From the NCBI GenBank assembly GCA_965219345.1, contig OZ244732.1, positions 416,001 through 480,000 of the forward strand: a stretch of DNA of 64,000 bases, given 5' to 3'. The notes beneath the pieces were generated by a model that saw only the letters and a program-made list of their open reading frames with translations, made no database searches and had not been told where the DNA came from. This document shows, one piece after another, positions 62,387 to 64,000 of this stretch (its first letter is position 1; each line of letters starts with the position of its first letter). The stretch is from Nitrosopumilus sp. (lineage in GTDB: Archaea; Thermoproteota; Nitrososphaeria; Nitrososphaerales; Nitrosopumilaceae). The position numbers and the translations under genes are program-made.

Positions 62387-62683
62387 GATTGATCAAATAA
62401 AATTAAGTGTTTCATCTCCATATGTTTCAATTATAGTACCTGCAACAAATTCATTGATTGAATCAGGATCAATACCAATTCCTACTGTTGTCATAGTATA
62501 CAAAGAAACTACATTGATCAACATATCCTATAATTCTTTGAGTACGGTTGTAGATGTTTTTCTTTTGATCAGAATAGAAAATCTGTTTGGTAGTTGACAT
62601 ATCTAGTATTATGTGCCTAGATGTTTATAACATACTGATCAAAATGCCTAAAGAATCATTAATGAAAAAAAATACTTTAGTTT

Positions 62684-63598
62684 GTGATATGCGATAAATG
62701 CGAAAATCAGGCAGTCTATACTAGGAAATATTCAGGTCAAAGACTATGCTCACAGTGTTTCTCAAGTTCCATTGTAAGAAAAACTGCTAAAACTATTTCA
62801 AAATACAACATGATCCAAAATGATGAATTGGTGGCTGTTGCAGTCTCAGGGGGAAAGGATTCCCTAGCATTACTAAAAATTATTCACGAAATGGCATTAA
62901 CCCATAATTTCAGGATTAAGGCAATTACAATCGATGAGGGGATTCCAGGATATAGAGATGAGGCACTAGAAATTGTTGAAAAATTTTGTGGAGAATTAAA
63001 TATTGAACTCAAAGTTTACTCTTACAAAGATCTGTTTGAACTGACTCTTGATGAAGCATTAAAGTTAAGAGAAAACAAGAAAACTTCTTCATGTTCAATT
63101 TGTGGTACACTTCGAAGACGTGCAATGGATTTTGCAGCAAAGGATATCGGAGCGGATGTCATTGCAACAGGCCATAATCTTGATGATACATTACAAACAT
63201 TTGTCATAAACATGCTTTCAGGAGATACAAATAAGATTGGATGGATGGATCCTGATACATCTACAAATTCTTTAAGAAAAATAAAGCCATTTTGTGAGAT
63301 ATACGAATCTGAAATAGTATTTTATGCATTTACAAATGATATACCATTTCAATCAGAACCTTGTCCACATATGAGTGAAGGGATTAGAACAGAAATTCGT
63401 GAATTTCTAAATTCATTGGAAAGTCAACATAGTGGAGTTAAAAATAATTTGTATCAGTCAGTTCTCAAAGTATCTCAAATTGTAAAAAATTCTAATTATA
63501 AGCAGAAAATGATTTGTGAAAAGTGTGGCAATGAATGTACGGGTAATGTATGCTCAGTTTGTGATATGGTTTTAAAACTAAAAGCGAACCAAACCTAA
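62684..63598 (+). CDS. tRNA 2-thiolation protein (NcsA/TtuA/Ctu1, TIGR00269-like)
   Basis: CDKC...CSQC, AVSGGKDS, CSICGTLRRR, TGHNLDD, C-terminal CEKC...CSVC. Confidence 0.92.
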   Translation: MICDKCENQAVYTRKYSGQRLCSQCFSSSIVRKTAKTISKYNMIQNDELVAVAVSGGKDSLALLKIIHEMALTHNFRIKAITIDEGIPGYRDEALEIVEKFCGELNIELKVYSYKDLFELTLDEALKLRENKKTSSCSICGTLRRRAMDFAAKDIGADVIATGHNLDDTLQTFVINMLSGDTNKIGWMDPDTSTNSLRKIKPFCEIYESEIVFYAFTNDIPFQSEPCPHMSEGIRTEIREFLNSLESQHSGVKNNLYQSVLKVSQIVKNSNYKQKMICEKCGNECTGNVCSVCDMVLKLKANQT

Positions 63599-63630
63599 TG
63601 CAAATATAACATACTTTCTTTAGGAAAAAT

Positions 63631-63946
63631 GGTAGTAGGTAGGATCAGGGTGCCAGCCGTGCCCTTTTCTGAAACCGGCTATATGCAGAGATCAGTAACT
63701 GTTGGGTAAATCTCTAGATGGGTAATTCCCGCTTGGTGTGCGGAAATGAAATCACGCCGAGGCGGATGGTTGCAGGACTAGAATTATCCGAAGGGATAAC
63801 GTCTAAGACCGAACCATTGAAAGGGGTGAGGTCCGGGAGGGAGCAATCCTAAGGTGGGACATCCATGCTTCCTCGTCAACGTGGCGGATCTTGTATGCCT
63901 TGAAATGGGGCTATCCGTCTAGACTGGAACCAACAGATCTACTACC
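63631..63946 (+). ncRNA. ffs: archaeal SRP (7S) RNA
   Basis: GC-rich, ~316 nt, complementary ends (ggtagtagg / tctactacc), helix 6 with GAAG loop (ttatccgaagggataa), helix 8 motif aggtccgggagggagca. Confidence 0.9.
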
Positions 63947-64000
63947 TTTATAATTAAAATCTATTTTGCAGAGTCATGGAAGGAATAATCTCATTTGGAA

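Larger units (their letters stand above)
34240..62640. mobile_element. ~28-kb accessory/defence island between the M50 protease and the tRNA thiolase
   Basis: No core genes; contains ISs, TA and defence-type genes, duplications and remnants. No integrase or att pair seen, so the boundaries are approximate. Confidence 0.7.

Noticed and set aside
34240-62640. Intact provirus or integrative conjugative element
   Set aside because: No recognisable integrase, capsid, terminase or conjugation genes, and no att duplication was found.
63631-63946. RNase P RNA
   Set aside because: It lacks the GAGGAAAGUCC and P4 signature; the helix 6 and helix 8 motifs fit SRP RNA.

Overview
AT-rich archaeal DNA with the gene content of a Nitrosopumilus-like thaumarchaeote. 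The IS load, pseudogenes, sulfotransferases and YVTN/FN3 surface proteins would fit a host-associated lineage (inference). The window has four parts. (i) 1-25 kb is a surface-glycan locus (MBOAT, GT2s, sulfotransferases, flippase, sugar dehydrogenases) containing a decayed GC-richer insert at about 8.5-17.4 kb. (ii) 25-34.2 kb holds core genes (aglB, tes-like radical SAM, TrmB, DtxR, YjbQ, a C/D-box sRNA, pelota, cutA, site-2 protease). (iii) 34.2-62.6 kb is an accessory/defence island with a KAP NTPase, a TIR-like protein, an EEP nuclease, TA pairs, AbiE-like nucleotidyltransferases, four IS families, segmental duplications and a dispersed hairpin repeat. (iv) The end carries a tRNA thiolase and the SRP RNA. 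The most notable system is a DUF3800-like RNase H-fold gene that becomes one in-frame ORF of about 324 aa once an IS630 is removed. It faces a tandem array of three ~137-bp units, each apparently a separate ~75-nt structured RNA with its own TATA box, a covarying closing stem, an invariant core and a U-tract. A partial duplicate of this array is present, as is a second DUF3800 remnant with a similar convergent RNA candidate. All calls come from reading the sequence by eye; no searches or folding programs were run.
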